Made by a program: the position numbers and the translations under genes
Notes under the pieces: model-generated
Seen by the model: only the letters and a program-made list of their open reading frames with translations
What the model was told of the DNA's origin: nothing
Databases searched by the model: none
In this document: positions 15,200-24,592 of the stretch, piece by piece
How positions within the stretch are numbered: the first letter of the stretch is position 1
Layout of the letters: each line of letters begins with the position of its first letter
IMG/VR virus record: IMGVR_UViG_3300045988_147882
DNA: 64,000 nucleotides
Source: a virus
Direction: 5' to 3' (one strand)

Positions 15200-17719
15200 A
15201 TGAAAATGAAAGACTATATAGAATTTCTAAAAGACAAGATGGCTATTAGCCACAATACTGGATTTGAAGTTAATCCTAATGAAATATCAACTTCTCTTTA
15301 CCCTCATGTGAGAGATACCGTTCGTTGGGCGGTTTCCGGTGGTTGCCGTGCCATATTCTCCAGTTTCGGTATGCAGAAAACAGTAACCCAATTGGAGATA
15401 TGCAGAGTTATAATCAACCAGTATTTTGGTAAAGCTCTTATCGTTTGTCCTAAACGTGTAGTAGTAGAGTTTATCACCCAAGCTAAGGAGCACATGAACA
15501 TGACAGTTAAGTATGTCAAGACCATGAGCGAAGTCAGAGCCTGCAAGTGTGATATAATGATTACCAACTATGAGCGTGTCCGTGACGGAGAAGACGGCGT
15601 AAGAATAGAACCTTCCTTTTTTACCGTTACCTCATTGGATGAAGCAAGCGTATTGAGAGGGTTCGGCACCAAGACATACCAAGAGTTCCTACCGCTGTTC
15701 GCCGATGTGCCTTTCCGCTTTGTTGCCACTGCCACGCCGTCACCTAACAGATACAAGGAGCTGATACATTATGCCGGATATCTTGGAGTGATGGATACAG
15801 GTCAAGCCCTTACACGTTTTTTTCAACGTGATAGTACCAAAGCTAATAATCTAACGCTTTATCCACACAAAGAAAAAGAATTTTGGCTGTGGGTATCAAC
15901 TTGGGCATTGTTCCTAACCAAGCCTTCCGACCTCGGTTATCCTGATACCGGCTATGAATTGCCGGAACTGCGGGTACATGAAGAAGTGGTTAGCGTTGAC
16001 AATTCCACTGCCGGTACAGACCGTGACGGACAAGTGAAGATGTTTCGTGAGGCTGCTCTCGGACTTGCTGATGCAGCGAAAGAACGTCGGGACAATATGG
16101 CAGAGAAGATTGCCCGTGTCGTAGAGATTATTAATCGTCCTGAAAACAAGGACGAGCATTTCCTTTTGTGGCATGACCTTGAGAGTGAGCGGGAAGCCCT
16201 TTGCAAGGCTATCCCCGGTTGCAAAGCTGTTTATGGCTCGCAGGATGATGAGGAAGCCGACAAGGTGATAGCGGACTTCAAAAACGGGAGATTGAAATAC
16301 CTGGCCGCAAAGCCTGAAATGCTTGGTGAGGGTTTGAACTTCCAGTACCATTGTCATAAGGCTATCATGTTCATCGACTACCGGTTCAATGACAAGTTTC
16401 AGGCGATAGCCCGTATCTACCGTTTCATGCAAAAACATCCTGTAGACCTTTACTTGGTCTATGCAGAAAGTGAAGGAGAGATATTCAAAAGCTTTATGCA
16501 GAAATGGGCGCAGCATCGTGAAATGGTTTCTAAAATGACTGATATCGTCCGTGAGAACGGTCTGTTCGGTTTGCAGGCAGAGGAGAAGATGATGCGCTGG
16601 ATGTTTGCCAGCCGTGAAGAAAAATCCGGTAAACTGTGGAAAGCCATCAATAACGACAATGTTTTGGAGTGTCAGAAAATGGAAAGCAACTCGGTGGATT
16701 TGGTTGTAACCAGCATCCCTTTTTCCAATCATTACGAATATACGCCGACCTATAACGATTTCGGGCATAATGAAAGCAACGACAAGTTCTTCGAGCAGAT
16801 GGACTACCTCACACCAGAACTGATGCGGATATTGAAGCCTGGGCGGCTGGCTTGCATCCATGTGAAAGACCGTGTATTGTTCGGTAATGCCACAGGTGAC
16901 GGTATGCCCACCATCGACCCGTTCTCCGAAATGACGGTATTTCACTACATGAAACACGGATTCCGCTACATGGGGCGTATCACAGTAGATACCGATGTGG
17001 TAAGGGAGAATAACCAGACCTACCGCCTTGGCTATACAGAGATGTGCAAAGATGGTTCTAAGATTGGTATTGGTTGCCCTGAATATGTGCTTCTTTTCCG
17101 TAAACTGCCTTCTGATACTTCACGTGCCTATGCAGATTTGCCAGTAACCAAGAATAAGAATGAATATTCGTTAGCCCGCTGGCAAATAGATGCTCATGCA
17201 AGTTGGAAATCTTCAGGTAATACTTTGTTAAGCTATGAAGATATGAAAGTTGCCGGTATTGACAAGATACGCCATTTGTTTAGAAACTATGAGCGTGAAC
17301 ATATATACAATTATGAAGAACATGTTGCTTTCGCTGAAGAATTAGAAGTTTACGGTAAACTACCAAAAACATTTATGGCCGTAGATCCTGTAAGTAAGAA
17401 ACCTTGGATTTGGGATGACGTTACCCGGATGCGTACACTCAATACCAAGCAGTCACAGAAAAAACGTCAAAATCATATTTGTCCTCTTCAGCTTGATATT
17501 GTTGAGAGGTTGATTGAACGGTATTCAAATAAAGGAGACTTGGTATTCGACCCATTTGGCGGTATCGGTACTGTTCCTTACTGTGCTATTAGATTGGGGC
17601 GTAAAGGGCTCTCTACCGAGTTGAATTATGACTATTGGAAAGACAGCCTTTCATACTTGCATGAAGCTGAAATTGAAGTGAATGCACCGACGCTATTTGA
17701 TTTGATGGAAGCTATTTAA
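15200..17719 (+). CDS. Superfamily-2 helicase fused to a beta-class amino (N6-A/N4-C) DNA methyltransferase
   Basis: N-terminal GMQKT, LDEAS and ATATPSPN. C-terminal VVTSIPFS (motif IV variant) followed by FDPFGGIGT (motif I). Confidence 0.75.
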   Translation: MKMKDYIEFLKDKMAISHNTGFEVNPNEISTSLYPHVRDTVRWAVSGGCRAIFSSFGMQKTVTQLEICRVIINQYFGKALIVCPKRVVVEFITQAKEHMNMTVKYVKTMSEVRACKCDIMITNYERVRDGEDGVRIEPSFFTVTSLDEASVLRGFGTKTYQEFLPLFADVPFRFVATATPSPNRYKELIHYAGYLGVMDTGQALTRFFQRDSTKANNLTLYPHKEKEFWLWVSTWALFLTKPSDLGYPDTGYELPELRVHEEVVSVDNSTAGTDRDGQVKMFREAALGLADAAKERRDNMAEKIARVVEIINRPENKDEHFLLWHDLESEREALCKAIPGCKAVYGSQDDEEADKVIADFKNGRLKYLAAKPEMLGEGLNFQYHCHKAIMFIDYRFNDKFQAIARIYRFMQKHPVDLYLVYAESEGEIFKSFMQKWAQHREMVSKMTDIVRENGLFGLQAEEKMMRWMFASREEKSGKLWKAINNDNVLECQKMESNSVDLVVTSIPFSNHYEYTPTYNDFGHNESNDKFFEQMDYLTPELMRILKPGRLACIHVKDRVLFGNATGDGMPTIDPFSEMTVFHYMKHGFRYMGRITVDTDVVRENNQTYRLGYTEMCKDGSKIGIGCPEYVLLFRKLPSDTSRAYADLPVTKNKNEYSLARWQIDAHASWKSSGNTLLSYEDMKVAGIDKIRHLFRNYEREHIYNYEEHVAFAEELEVYGKLPKTFMAVDPVSKKPWIWDDVTRMRTLNTKQSQKKRQNHICPLQLDIVERLIERYSNKGDLVFDPFGGIGTVPYCAIRLGRKGLSTELNYDYWKDSLSYLHEAEIEVNAPTLFDLMEAI

Positions 17720-17817
17720 TCTAAATAAGAATGGATATGTATTTGTATAAAAACAGACCACCGCCTTTATTAAATAGTGTGAGATTATTCTTAGTCTAAC
17801 AATTTAACCCGATCGAT

Positions 17818-18111
17818 ATGATAACATTGAATAGGTTTGCCCAGAGATGCTTGAATATCATGAGGAAGCGCTTTAAGATGAATGAGCATAGCTCAAGAAA
17901 AGCGTTTAGCATAAGAATTGAAGCCGTTTGGAGAAAATTCGATATTGCTTCTAAATATAGGAGTGATAATCTTCCTAAATATTCGGAAGATGAAGAATTG
18001 GCAGCCGAGATGATAATTTACCTTGTTGCCTATTTAAAAAGATTTGGTTGTGAGGACATTGAACAGCTTATCAAAGATAAGATAGAGTTCGATGATAGAA
18101 AAAATGATTAG
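17818..18111 (+). CDS. hypothetical protein (97 aa), possibly MazG-like all-alpha NTP-PPase
   Basis: Weak resemblance only (EELAAEMIIYLVAYLKRFG). Confidence 0.3.
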   Translation: MITLNRFAQRCLNIMRKRFKMNEHSSRKAFSIRIEAVWRKFDIASKYRSDNLPKYSEDEELAAEMIIYLVAYLKRFGCEDIEQLIKDKIEFDDRKND

Positions 18112-18157
18112 GTGTTGTTACTGACTGTTTGTGTTGTTGATTTTAATATAGTTAGTT

Positions 18158-18814
18158 ATGACAGAGATTATTCAAGTCTGCCTACTTGATTTTAATAAGG
18201 GGCAGCTCACGGGATTGCCGAAAAATCCACGTTTTTTTCGTGATTACCGCTTTGAAGCGATGAAGAAAAGCATTCAGGATTCGCCAGAGATGCTTGAACT
18301 TCGAGAACTTATAGTTTTTCCCTACAATGATGGCAGATATATTGTTGTTTGTGGTAATTTACGTTTGCGAGCTTGCAAGGAGTTAGGTTATAAAGAACTG
18401 CCTTGTAAAATTCTGGCACCTGATACCCCCGTTAAGAAGTTGAGGGAATATGCCACTAAAGATAATGTCAATTTTGGTGAGAATGATTTGGACGTTATGG
18501 AAAACGAGTGGAATAAGGCGGAACTCCAAGATTGGGGCATCGAATTTGCCCCGGAGAAGAAAGAGGATGAATTTAAAGAGCGCTTCGATGCCATCACGGA
18601 TGATACAGCCATTTATCCTCTCATTCCAAAGTATGACGAAAAACATGAGTTGTTTATCATCACCTCAAGTAATGAGGTAGATAGCAACTGGCTTCGTGAA
18701 AGGCTGGATATGCAGCACATGAAGTCGTACAAGACCGGGAAAGTAAGTAAGAGTAATGTAATCGACATAAAAGACGTTCGCCATGCCTTGCAAAATAGTA
18801 ATACCAAGTCATAA
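18158..18814 (+). CDS. ParB/Srx-like nuclease domain protein
   Basis: GRYIVVCGNLRLRACKELGYKELPCKI. Confidence 0.55.
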   Translation: MTEIIQVCLLDFNKGQLTGLPKNPRFFRDYRFEAMKKSIQDSPEMLELRELIVFPYNDGRYIVVCGNLRLRACKELGYKELPCKILAPDTPVKKLREYATKDNVNFGENDLDVMENEWNKAELQDWGIEFAPEKKEDEFKERFDAITDDTAIYPLIPKYDEKHELFIITSSNEVDSNWLRERLDMQHMKSYKTGKVSKSNVIDIKDVRHALQNSNTKS

Positions 18815-19535
18815 GCGCCATGACCGGGTGTTCGCTAAAAAGTTGGTGAACGATCCTATCATTTGCGTTGCTGAAAGTCAAGCTGACTTATATCAACAAT
18901 TTAACCCGGAATGTGAAATTGTTACTCATCCTGACGATGTTATGGGCCTCATCCCGAAACGTAACTGGATGGCAAAGCATTTTGGAGAACTTTTCATGCT
19001 TGATGATGATGTCCATGCCTGCAAACCTATTTATGTGGAAAAAGGAGAACCTAGCCGGATAAAGGATAAAGATAAGATAACCAATATCATTCAGTCATTA
19101 TTTGAGATGGCCAGTATGATGGATGTACATCTGTTTGGCTTCACCGCTCGGATATCGCCGGTAATGTATGATGAATCCGCTTTTCTTTCTCTTTCGAAAA
19201 TGATAACCGGTTGCAGTTATGGAGTAATCTATAACAAAAACACTTGGTGGAATGAGGAAATACGTTTGAAGGAAGATTTTTGGATTTCTTGTTACATGAA
19301 GTACAAAGAACGTAAGGTTTTAACCGATTTGCGGTATAATTTTGAGCAAAAGAACACTTTTGTAAACGCTGGTGGGCTTGCTTCTATAAGGAATCAGGAA
19401 GAGGAACGTAAATCTATCCTCTTTATCAAAAAGAATTTTGGTGATAGTATTTTGCTAAAGAGTGCAACCACTAATGGGAAAGACAAAACAAAGCAGCTCG
19501 TTCAATATAATATATCATGCAAATTCAAATTCTAA
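18783..19535 (+). CDS. hypothetical protein, possibly GT-A-like glycosyltransferase
   Basis: N-terminal IVIPSHKRHD and FMLDDDV (DxD-like); assignment is tentative. Confidence 0.3.
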   Translation: MPCKIVIPSHKRHDRVFAKKLVNDPIICVAESQADLYQQFNPECEIVTHPDDVMGLIPKRNWMAKHFGELFMLDDDVHACKPIYVEKGEPSRIKDKDKITNIIQSLFEMASMMDVHLFGFTARISPVMYDESAFLSLSKMITGCSYGVIYNKNTWWNEEIRLKEDFWISCYMKYKERKVLTDLRYNFEQKNTFVNAGGLASIRNQEEERKSILFIKKNFGDSILLKSATTNGKDKTKQLVQYNISCKFKF

Positions 19536-19544
19536 TAGTCTGTA

Positions 19545-19633
19545 AAAAAGGCGTTTAAATGGCGTCCATTCTGTTTGTCATATTCGCCTTTTTTAGCTAA
19601 TTTTACTGATGTAATAAACTAAAAGTCAAACCA
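19545..19633 (+). promoter_or_regulatory. Repeated promoter module copy C (most diverged)
   Basis: AAAAGGCGTTTAAATGGCG...TTTG-20 nt-TAATTTTACTGATGTAATAAAC...AAAAGTCAAACCA. Confidence 0.55.
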
Positions 19634-19646
19634 TTAAATTAGAATT

Positions 19647-20222
19647 ATGATTATAAGAACAGTTTGCGGATATGATTTCTTTGAGGTGAGTTCTGCAATG
19701 CAGAAAGCCATTAGGCGAGCCGACACCGGGGTAGCCGGCTTTTTTGCATTGGAACTTTGGGCGAGTGGGTACCGCGACTATGTGTGGAAGCGTCTGTTTA
19801 CCATTAGTGCTGAAGATTGCTATGGAATCATTACTAAAGAGATAGAAGCATTGTGGCAGGGGCATGAGCTGGTAAACAAGACTGCTACTGAACCCAAAGG
19901 GAGGATATTTGTCAGTAAAGCTGTTATTCTCCTTTGTGAATGTAGAAAGAATCGTGATGCGGATCATTTGCAAAACTTCATCTATGATAGAAAGGATATT
20001 GATATAGAAAAGTGGATAAATGATGTCAGGCGTTATCCTATTCCTATTCCAGATTACACTTTCGATGTACATACACGAAAGGGTAAAAAACATGGGAGAA
20101 CCAAAGAAGAATTCTTTCAGGAAGAATACAAGGCGTTACAACCTCGTGTTCCTGGTTTATTCGATGATTTGGTTCAACCCAGTCAACCAAAGTTATTTAA
20201 TGATGAAACCACGGCTAAGTAG
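19647..20222 (+). CDS. hypothetical protein with MgsA-C-terminal-like helical motif
   Basis: FFEVSSAMQKAIRRADTGVAGFFALEL resembles the MgsA/WRNIP C-terminal domain (recalled from memory). Confidence 0.35.
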   Translation: MIIRTVCGYDFFEVSSAMQKAIRRADTGVAGFFALELWASGYRDYVWKRLFTISAEDCYGIITKEIEALWQGHELVNKTATEPKGRIFVSKAVILLCECRKNRDADHLQNFIYDRKDIDIEKWINDVRRYPIPIPDYTFDVHTRKGKKHGRTKEEFFQEEYKALQPRVPGLFDDLVQPSQPKLFNDETTAK

Positions 20223-20240
20223 CTGTGGTTTCTCATTTTT
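20205..20240 (+). terminator. Hairpin terminator overlapping the stop codon
   Basis: GAAACCACGGCT-aagt-AGCTGTGGTTTC followed by TCATTTTT. Confidence 0.6.
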
Positions 20241-20270
20241 CATATAAGTCAAACCAATTTAATTAAAACA

Positions 20271-20918
20271 ATGAACACGTATTACAAATTTGCGCCAAAT
20301 GTATTTTTGGCAAAGTGTGATGAGAAGCACGAAAAAGGTGAAACTATTGAGGTTACCACCAAGTATGGTAAGGAGAACGAAAGTATAGTATTTAACCTAA
20401 TCTTCGAGAAAGATGGGTTTTACTATTACTCCATCGTTAGAGCTGACGGCTTTAATGTTCAAGAATGGGCTAAGCAAAGAGCGGAACGCAGGCATGAATG
20501 GGCGTCATCGGCAGTACAAAAAAGTAATGAGTATTTTCAGAAATCAAATAAACATCGCGATTTCCTTTCTTTGGGTGAGCCTATCAAAGTTGGACACCAT
20601 AGCGAACGAGGACATCGCAAAATGATAGATGATGCCTGGAATAACATGGGGAAAAGCGTTGAGTTTAGCGATAAGGCTGCCGAACATGAAAGAGTTGCGA
20701 AGTATTGGGAAAAAAGGGCTAATACGATAAACTTGTCCATGCCGGAAAGTATAGATTTCTATGAACATAAGTTGGAACAAGCAAAAGAATATCACGAAGG
20801 ATTGAAGTCCGGTAAGTACCGACGCGAGCATACATACGCTATGGCTTATGCCAATAAAGCAGTAAAAGAGGCTAAAAAAAATTATGACCTTGCAGTAAAG
20901 CTGTGGGGCGATGTTTAA
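20271..20918 (+). CDS. DUF3560-like protein
   Basis: GEPIKVGHHSERGHRK motif, typical of that family as I recall it. Confidence 0.45.
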   Translation: MNTYYKFAPNVFLAKCDEKHEKGETIEVTTKYGKENESIVFNLIFEKDGFYYYSIVRADGFNVQEWAKQRAERRHEWASSAVQKSNEYFQKSNKHRDFLSLGEPIKVGHHSERGHRKMIDDAWNNMGKSVEFSDKAAEHERVAKYWEKRANTINLSMPESIDFYEHKLEQAKEYHEGLKSGKYRREHTYAMAYANKAVKEAKKNYDLAVKLWGDV

Positions 20919-20946
20919 TAATCTGTAGTATCTCAAATAATTTACT

Positions 20947-21411
20947 ATGAGAGAATTATCAAAAGAAACCTCATTACAAAGGGTAATGAGGGCTTCAGGT
21001 CGTGTACCTGTACAATGCTCATGCAGTGTTTGTAAACAACAATGTCATACGCCATGTTTAGGTACTCCTGATGATATTGAACGAATTATAGATGCTGGTT
21101 ATGCCGACAGGTTAGCACTGACAAACTGGGCTGCTGGTATATTCTTAGGGGTTATTAATATTGCTATTCCGATGATTCAACCTGTTTCCGGCAAAGAGTT
21201 TTGTGCTTTCTTCGAAAATGGACTGTGTATCTTACATGATAAGGATTTGAAACCCACTGAAGGGCGTTTGTCTCACCACACTGTCAGGAAGGATAACTTC
21301 AATCCAACTATGAGTATTGCTTGGAACGTTGCGAAAGAATGGCTGATGCCAGAGAATGAGGATGTACTTTCTCGTGTAGTAAATAAATTCTTGAATGCGA
21401 GGAAGCCATGA
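20947..21411 (+). CDS. Cys-rich hypothetical protein (possible metal cluster binding)
   Basis: QCSCSVCKQQCHTPC. Confidence 0.4.
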   Translation: MRELSKETSLQRVMRASGRVPVQCSCSVCKQQCHTPCLGTPDDIERIIDAGYADRLALTNWAAGIFLGVINIAIPMIQPVSGKEFCAFFENGLCILHDKDLKPTEGRLSHHTVRKDNFNPTMSIAWNVAKEWLMPENEDVLSRVVNKFLNARKP

Positions 21412-21740
21412 ATGTGTATCAATCAATACCTCGTAGAGATTGTAGGGTGTTTGCTAAATGTGGGGCAAAATCCTTATCACATTGCCGGCGGCATCGTGGA
21501 ACTGATGGTGAGTGTAAAAACTGTACTCTTATTCATCGCAAACCTCGCAATCGTATTATAGATGCTTCAGGACGTGAGATGAAAAAATGTACACACTGCG
21601 GAAATTACTTCTACTTGAACCGGTTCTACAATCGTATAGTAGTGAGAAAGGGTAAGGAATATCATTTATTGACTTCTTGGTGCCGCATGTGTATGTCTGA
21701 AATCAATAATCAAAGAAATTTGAAGAAAAGAAATGAGTAG
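21408..21740 (+). CDS. Cys-rich zinc-finger-like protein (110 aa)
   Basis: CRRH...CKNC...CTHCGNYF...WCRMC; ATGA overlap upstream. Confidence 0.45.
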   Translation: MNVYQSIPRRDCRVFAKCGAKSLSHCRRHRGTDGECKNCTLIHRKPRNRIIDASGREMKKCTHCGNYFYLNRFYNRIVVRKGKEYHLLTSWCRMCMSEINNQRNLKKRNE

Positions 21741-23418
21741 TATAAATTTATTATATATTGACCTGTTTTGTGGAGCAGGTGGAACCTCGACAGGAGTGGA
21801 ATCTGCAAGAATTGATGGTAAACAGTGTGCTAAAGTAATAGCCTGCGTCAATCACGATGCCAACGCCATTGCAAGCCATGCGGCCAATCATCCGGATGCA
21901 TTGCATTTTACGGAAGATATTCGCACGCTGGAACTTTCCCCGCTAATTGAACATCTTGCCAAATGTAAGGCTCAATATCCGGGTGCAGCGGTCGTTCTTT
22001 GGGCGAGCCTGGAATGTACGAACTTCTCCAAAGCAAAAGGTGGGCAACCTCGGGACGCTGATAGTCGCACACTTGCTGAACATCTTTTCCGGTACATTGA
22101 AGCTATTTGCCCGGATTACATTCAGATTGAAAACGTTGAAGAATTTATGAGTTGGGGTGATATGGACGAAAACGGAAAGCCTATCAGCATGGATAAAGGT
22201 AGACTATATCAAAGATGGGTACGCAACGTAAGAAAGTATGGCTACAACTTTGATTTCCGTATTCTCAATGCTGCCGACTATGGTGCATATACTACTCGAA
22301 AACGCTTCTTTGGTATATTTGCCAAAAATGGATTACCGATAGTATTTCCACAACCCACTCACTGTAAAAACGGTAAACAAGATATGTTTGGTCGTTTGGA
22401 AAAGTGGCGCCCGGTTAAAGAGATACTGGATTTTTCCGATGAAGGAACAAGTATTTTTCGTGAGAAGCCACTTGCTGAAAAGACAATGGAACGTATCTAT
22501 GCCGGCCTGATAAAATTTGTAGCCGGGGGCAAAGATGCTTTTCTTATCAAATATAATTCCATGAGCCGGACTGGAAAATATAATGCCCCTGGGATTGACG
22601 AACCATGCCCGGTAGTAGCTACGCAAAACAGACTGGGAGTTGCGCAGGTATGCTTTCTTTCAAAACAGTTCAGTGGACACCCCGAAAGCAAGAATGTTTC
22701 TATTAATGAACCAGCCGGAACAATTACATGCAAAGACCATCATGCGTTTGTATCAGCCCATTACGGTAACGGATTTAACCGCTCAATAAATGAACCGTCT
22801 GCAACCGTAACAACGAAGGATCGGTTATCTCTCGTTTCTCCATATTTCATAGACCAGCAATATGGAAACAGCAAACCTTCATCTACAGAAAAGCCGCTTG
22901 GATGTATTACCGCCAATCCTAAGTACAATCTTGTTAGCTGCAAGCCGTGGATTATGAATACAAACTTCTCCAACGTTGGTAGTAGCATAGAAGAGCCCGC
23001 ACAAACAGTCACTGCAAATAGAAAGTGGCACTACCTAATGAACCCTCAATTTAATAGTGCAGGTGGTTCCGTTGATAATCCATGCTTCACTCTCATAGCA
23101 CGTATGGATAAAATGCCGCCTTATTTGATCGCAACTGAAACTGGACATGTAGTAATCGAGATTTATGATACCGACAGCCCTATGACAAAAAAAATAAAAG
23201 AGTTCATGGGCTTATACGGGATAATTGATATTAAAATGCGAATGCTACGCATACCTGAACTAAAGCGTATCATGGGATTTCCAGAAAACTATGTGTTAAT
23301 TGGTACACAGGCTGACCAAAAGAAATTCATAGGGAATGCAGTCGAAGTTAACATGGCACGTGTTCTCTGTGAATGTATTAGTAAAAAGTTACGTGAACTA
23401 GGGTCAGTTGCAGCATAA
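21733..23418 (+). CDS. DNA (cytosine-5)-methyltransferase with a large target-recognition region
   Basis: DLFCGAGG (motif I), SLECTNFSKAKGG (catalytic Cys), IENVEEF (motif VI), NAADYGAYTTRKR and GNAV. Confidence 0.85.
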   Translation: MSSINLLYIDLFCGAGGTSTGVESARIDGKQCAKVIACVNHDANAIASHAANHPDALHFTEDIRTLELSPLIEHLAKCKAQYPGAAVVLWASLECTNFSKAKGGQPRDADSRTLAEHLFRYIEAICPDYIQIENVEEFMSWGDMDENGKPISMDKGRLYQRWVRNVRKYGYNFDFRILNAADYGAYTTRKRFFGIFAKNGLPIVFPQPTHCKNGKQDMFGRLEKWRPVKEILDFSDEGTSIFREKPLAEKTMERIYAGLIKFVAGGKDAFLIKYNSMSRTGKYNAPGIDEPCPVVATQNRLGVAQVCFLSKQFSGHPESKNVSINEPAGTITCKDHHAFVSAHYGNGFNRSINEPSATVTTKDRLSLVSPYFIDQQYGNSKPSSTEKPLGCITANPKYNLVSCKPWIMNTNFSNVGSSIEEPAQTVTANRKWHYLMNPQFNSAGGSVDNPCFTLIARMDKMPPYLIATETGHVVIEIYDTDSPMTKKIKEFMGLYGIIDIKMRMLRIPELKRIMGFPENYVLIGTQADQKKFIGNAVEVNMARVLCECISKKLRELGSVAA

Positions 23419-23502
23419 AATGGCGTTAAATTGGCGAATGTTCTGTTTGTAAAACTTGTCAATAATGATTACCTTTATAGATGTAAAGAACTAAAAGTCA
23501 AT
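23417..23502 (+). promoter_or_regulatory. Repeated promoter module copy D
   Basis: AAAATGGCGTTAAATTGGCGAATGTTCTGTTTGT...TACCTTTATAGATGTAAAG...AAAAGTCAATCA. Confidence 0.55.
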
Positions 23503-23506
23503 CAAT

Positions 23507-23752
23507 ATGAAGAGGAATGAAAAAATAGCAAAATTAGAAAGACTAGGTATTTTCAATCAATGGAAATATAATACAGAAAGAGCAAATGAGACATTTAATA
23601 TTGAGTGTCCTGACTTCTCAATGACAAATGAAGAGCGGATGAACAATTTGTTAGATGTTGATTGCTGTTTTCATTGGTTTCTAACTATTTCATTCCCTTT
23701 TAATAATACTCCTGAAGGCGTTGCTTTTTGGAATGATATTGCAAAAAAATAA
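23507..23752 (+). CDS. hypothetical protein (81 aa)
   Basis: ORF after promoter copy D. Confidence 0.45.
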   Translation: MKRNEKIAKLERLGIFNQWKYNTERANETFNIECPDFSMTNEERMNNLLDVDCCFHWFLTISFPFNNTPEGVAFWNDIAKK

Positions 23753-23778
23753 TTAAAATAAAATTAGAAAGGAATCAA

Positions 23779-24570
23779 ATGATAATAGCATGGTTCAGTT
23801 GCGGTGCTACATCCGCAGTTGCTTGTAAGATAGCATTAAGCCTATACGATGATGTGCATATCTACTATATTGAAACTGGTTCCGGTCATCCCGATAACAC
23901 TAGATTCTTGGCAGATTGTGAAAAGTGGTACAATCAATCTATCCACATTATCCGAAGCGACAAGTACACCTGTGTGTCTGATGTGTTGCGAAAGGGGTAT
24001 ATCAACGGCGCGCATGGTGCCGCCTGTACTCTTGAACTGAAAAAGAAAGTCCGCTACAAGTTGGAAAAAGAATTGCAGCACTGGGACGGTCAAGTTTGGG
24101 GTTTCGATTATGACCCGAAAGAGATTAACCGGGCTATCCGATTAAAACAGCAGTACCCGGACACAAAGCCACTATTCCCGCTTATTGAAAAGCAGATTAC
24201 GAAGCAGGATGCAATGGGAATGCTTTGGAAAGCCGGTATTGAAATCCCCGCTATGTACAAGATGGGCTATAATAACAACAATTGTATCGGTTGCGTGAAA
24301 GGCGGAATGGGCTACTGGAATAAGATACGAAAGGACTTCCCGGATGTATTTAACGAGGTGGCGCAGATTGAACGTGATGTAGGTGCAACTTGTCTAAAAG
24401 ATAAAGACGGACGAATCTTCCTTGACGAACTCCCAACATGGCGAGGTGACCCAGTAGAAGAGATTATACCGGATTGCTCGCTTATCTGTCAGATAGAGTT
24501 TCAAGAGATAATCGACAGGCAGGTAGAACGAGTTTTGAAAGGAGAAATTAGTATTAACGATGTAGCCTAA
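23779..24570 (+). CDS. PAPS-reductase-like / PP-loop ATP pyrophosphatase family protein
   Basis: N-terminal IIAWFSCGATSAVA (degenerate PP-loop) and C-terminal NCIGCVKGG; this family is common in phages. Confidence 0.55.
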   Translation: MIIAWFSCGATSAVACKIALSLYDDVHIYYIETGSGHPDNTRFLADCEKWYNQSIHIIRSDKYTCVSDVLRKGYINGAHGAACTLELKKKVRYKLEKELQHWDGQVWGFDYDPKEINRAIRLKQQYPDTKPLFPLIEKQITKQDAMGMLWKAGIEIPAMYKMGYNNNNCIGCVKGGMGYWNKIRKDFPDVFNEVAQIERDVGATCLKDKDGRIFLDELPTWRGDPVEEIIPDCSLICQIEFQEIIDRQVERVLKGEISINDVA

Positions 24571-24592
24571 TTAGGCTCAAAACAAGATAGAT

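Noticed and set aside
15914-16957. 347-aa ORF on the minus strand (plus shorter ones at 15952..16224 and 16459..16659)
   Set aside because: It lies entirely antisense to the helicase-methyltransferase gene, which has clear catalytic motifs. The local G+C-rich composition suppresses stop codons, and the translation is low-complexity with no motif.
19647-20918. ORFs 19647..20222 and 20271..20918 are in the same frame with only a TAG and 16 sense codons between them (possible readthrough fusion)
   Set aside because: The spacer contains a terminator hairpin and the conserved AAGTCAAACCA leader, so it is a regulatory intergenic region. The in-frame arrangement is plausibly chance.
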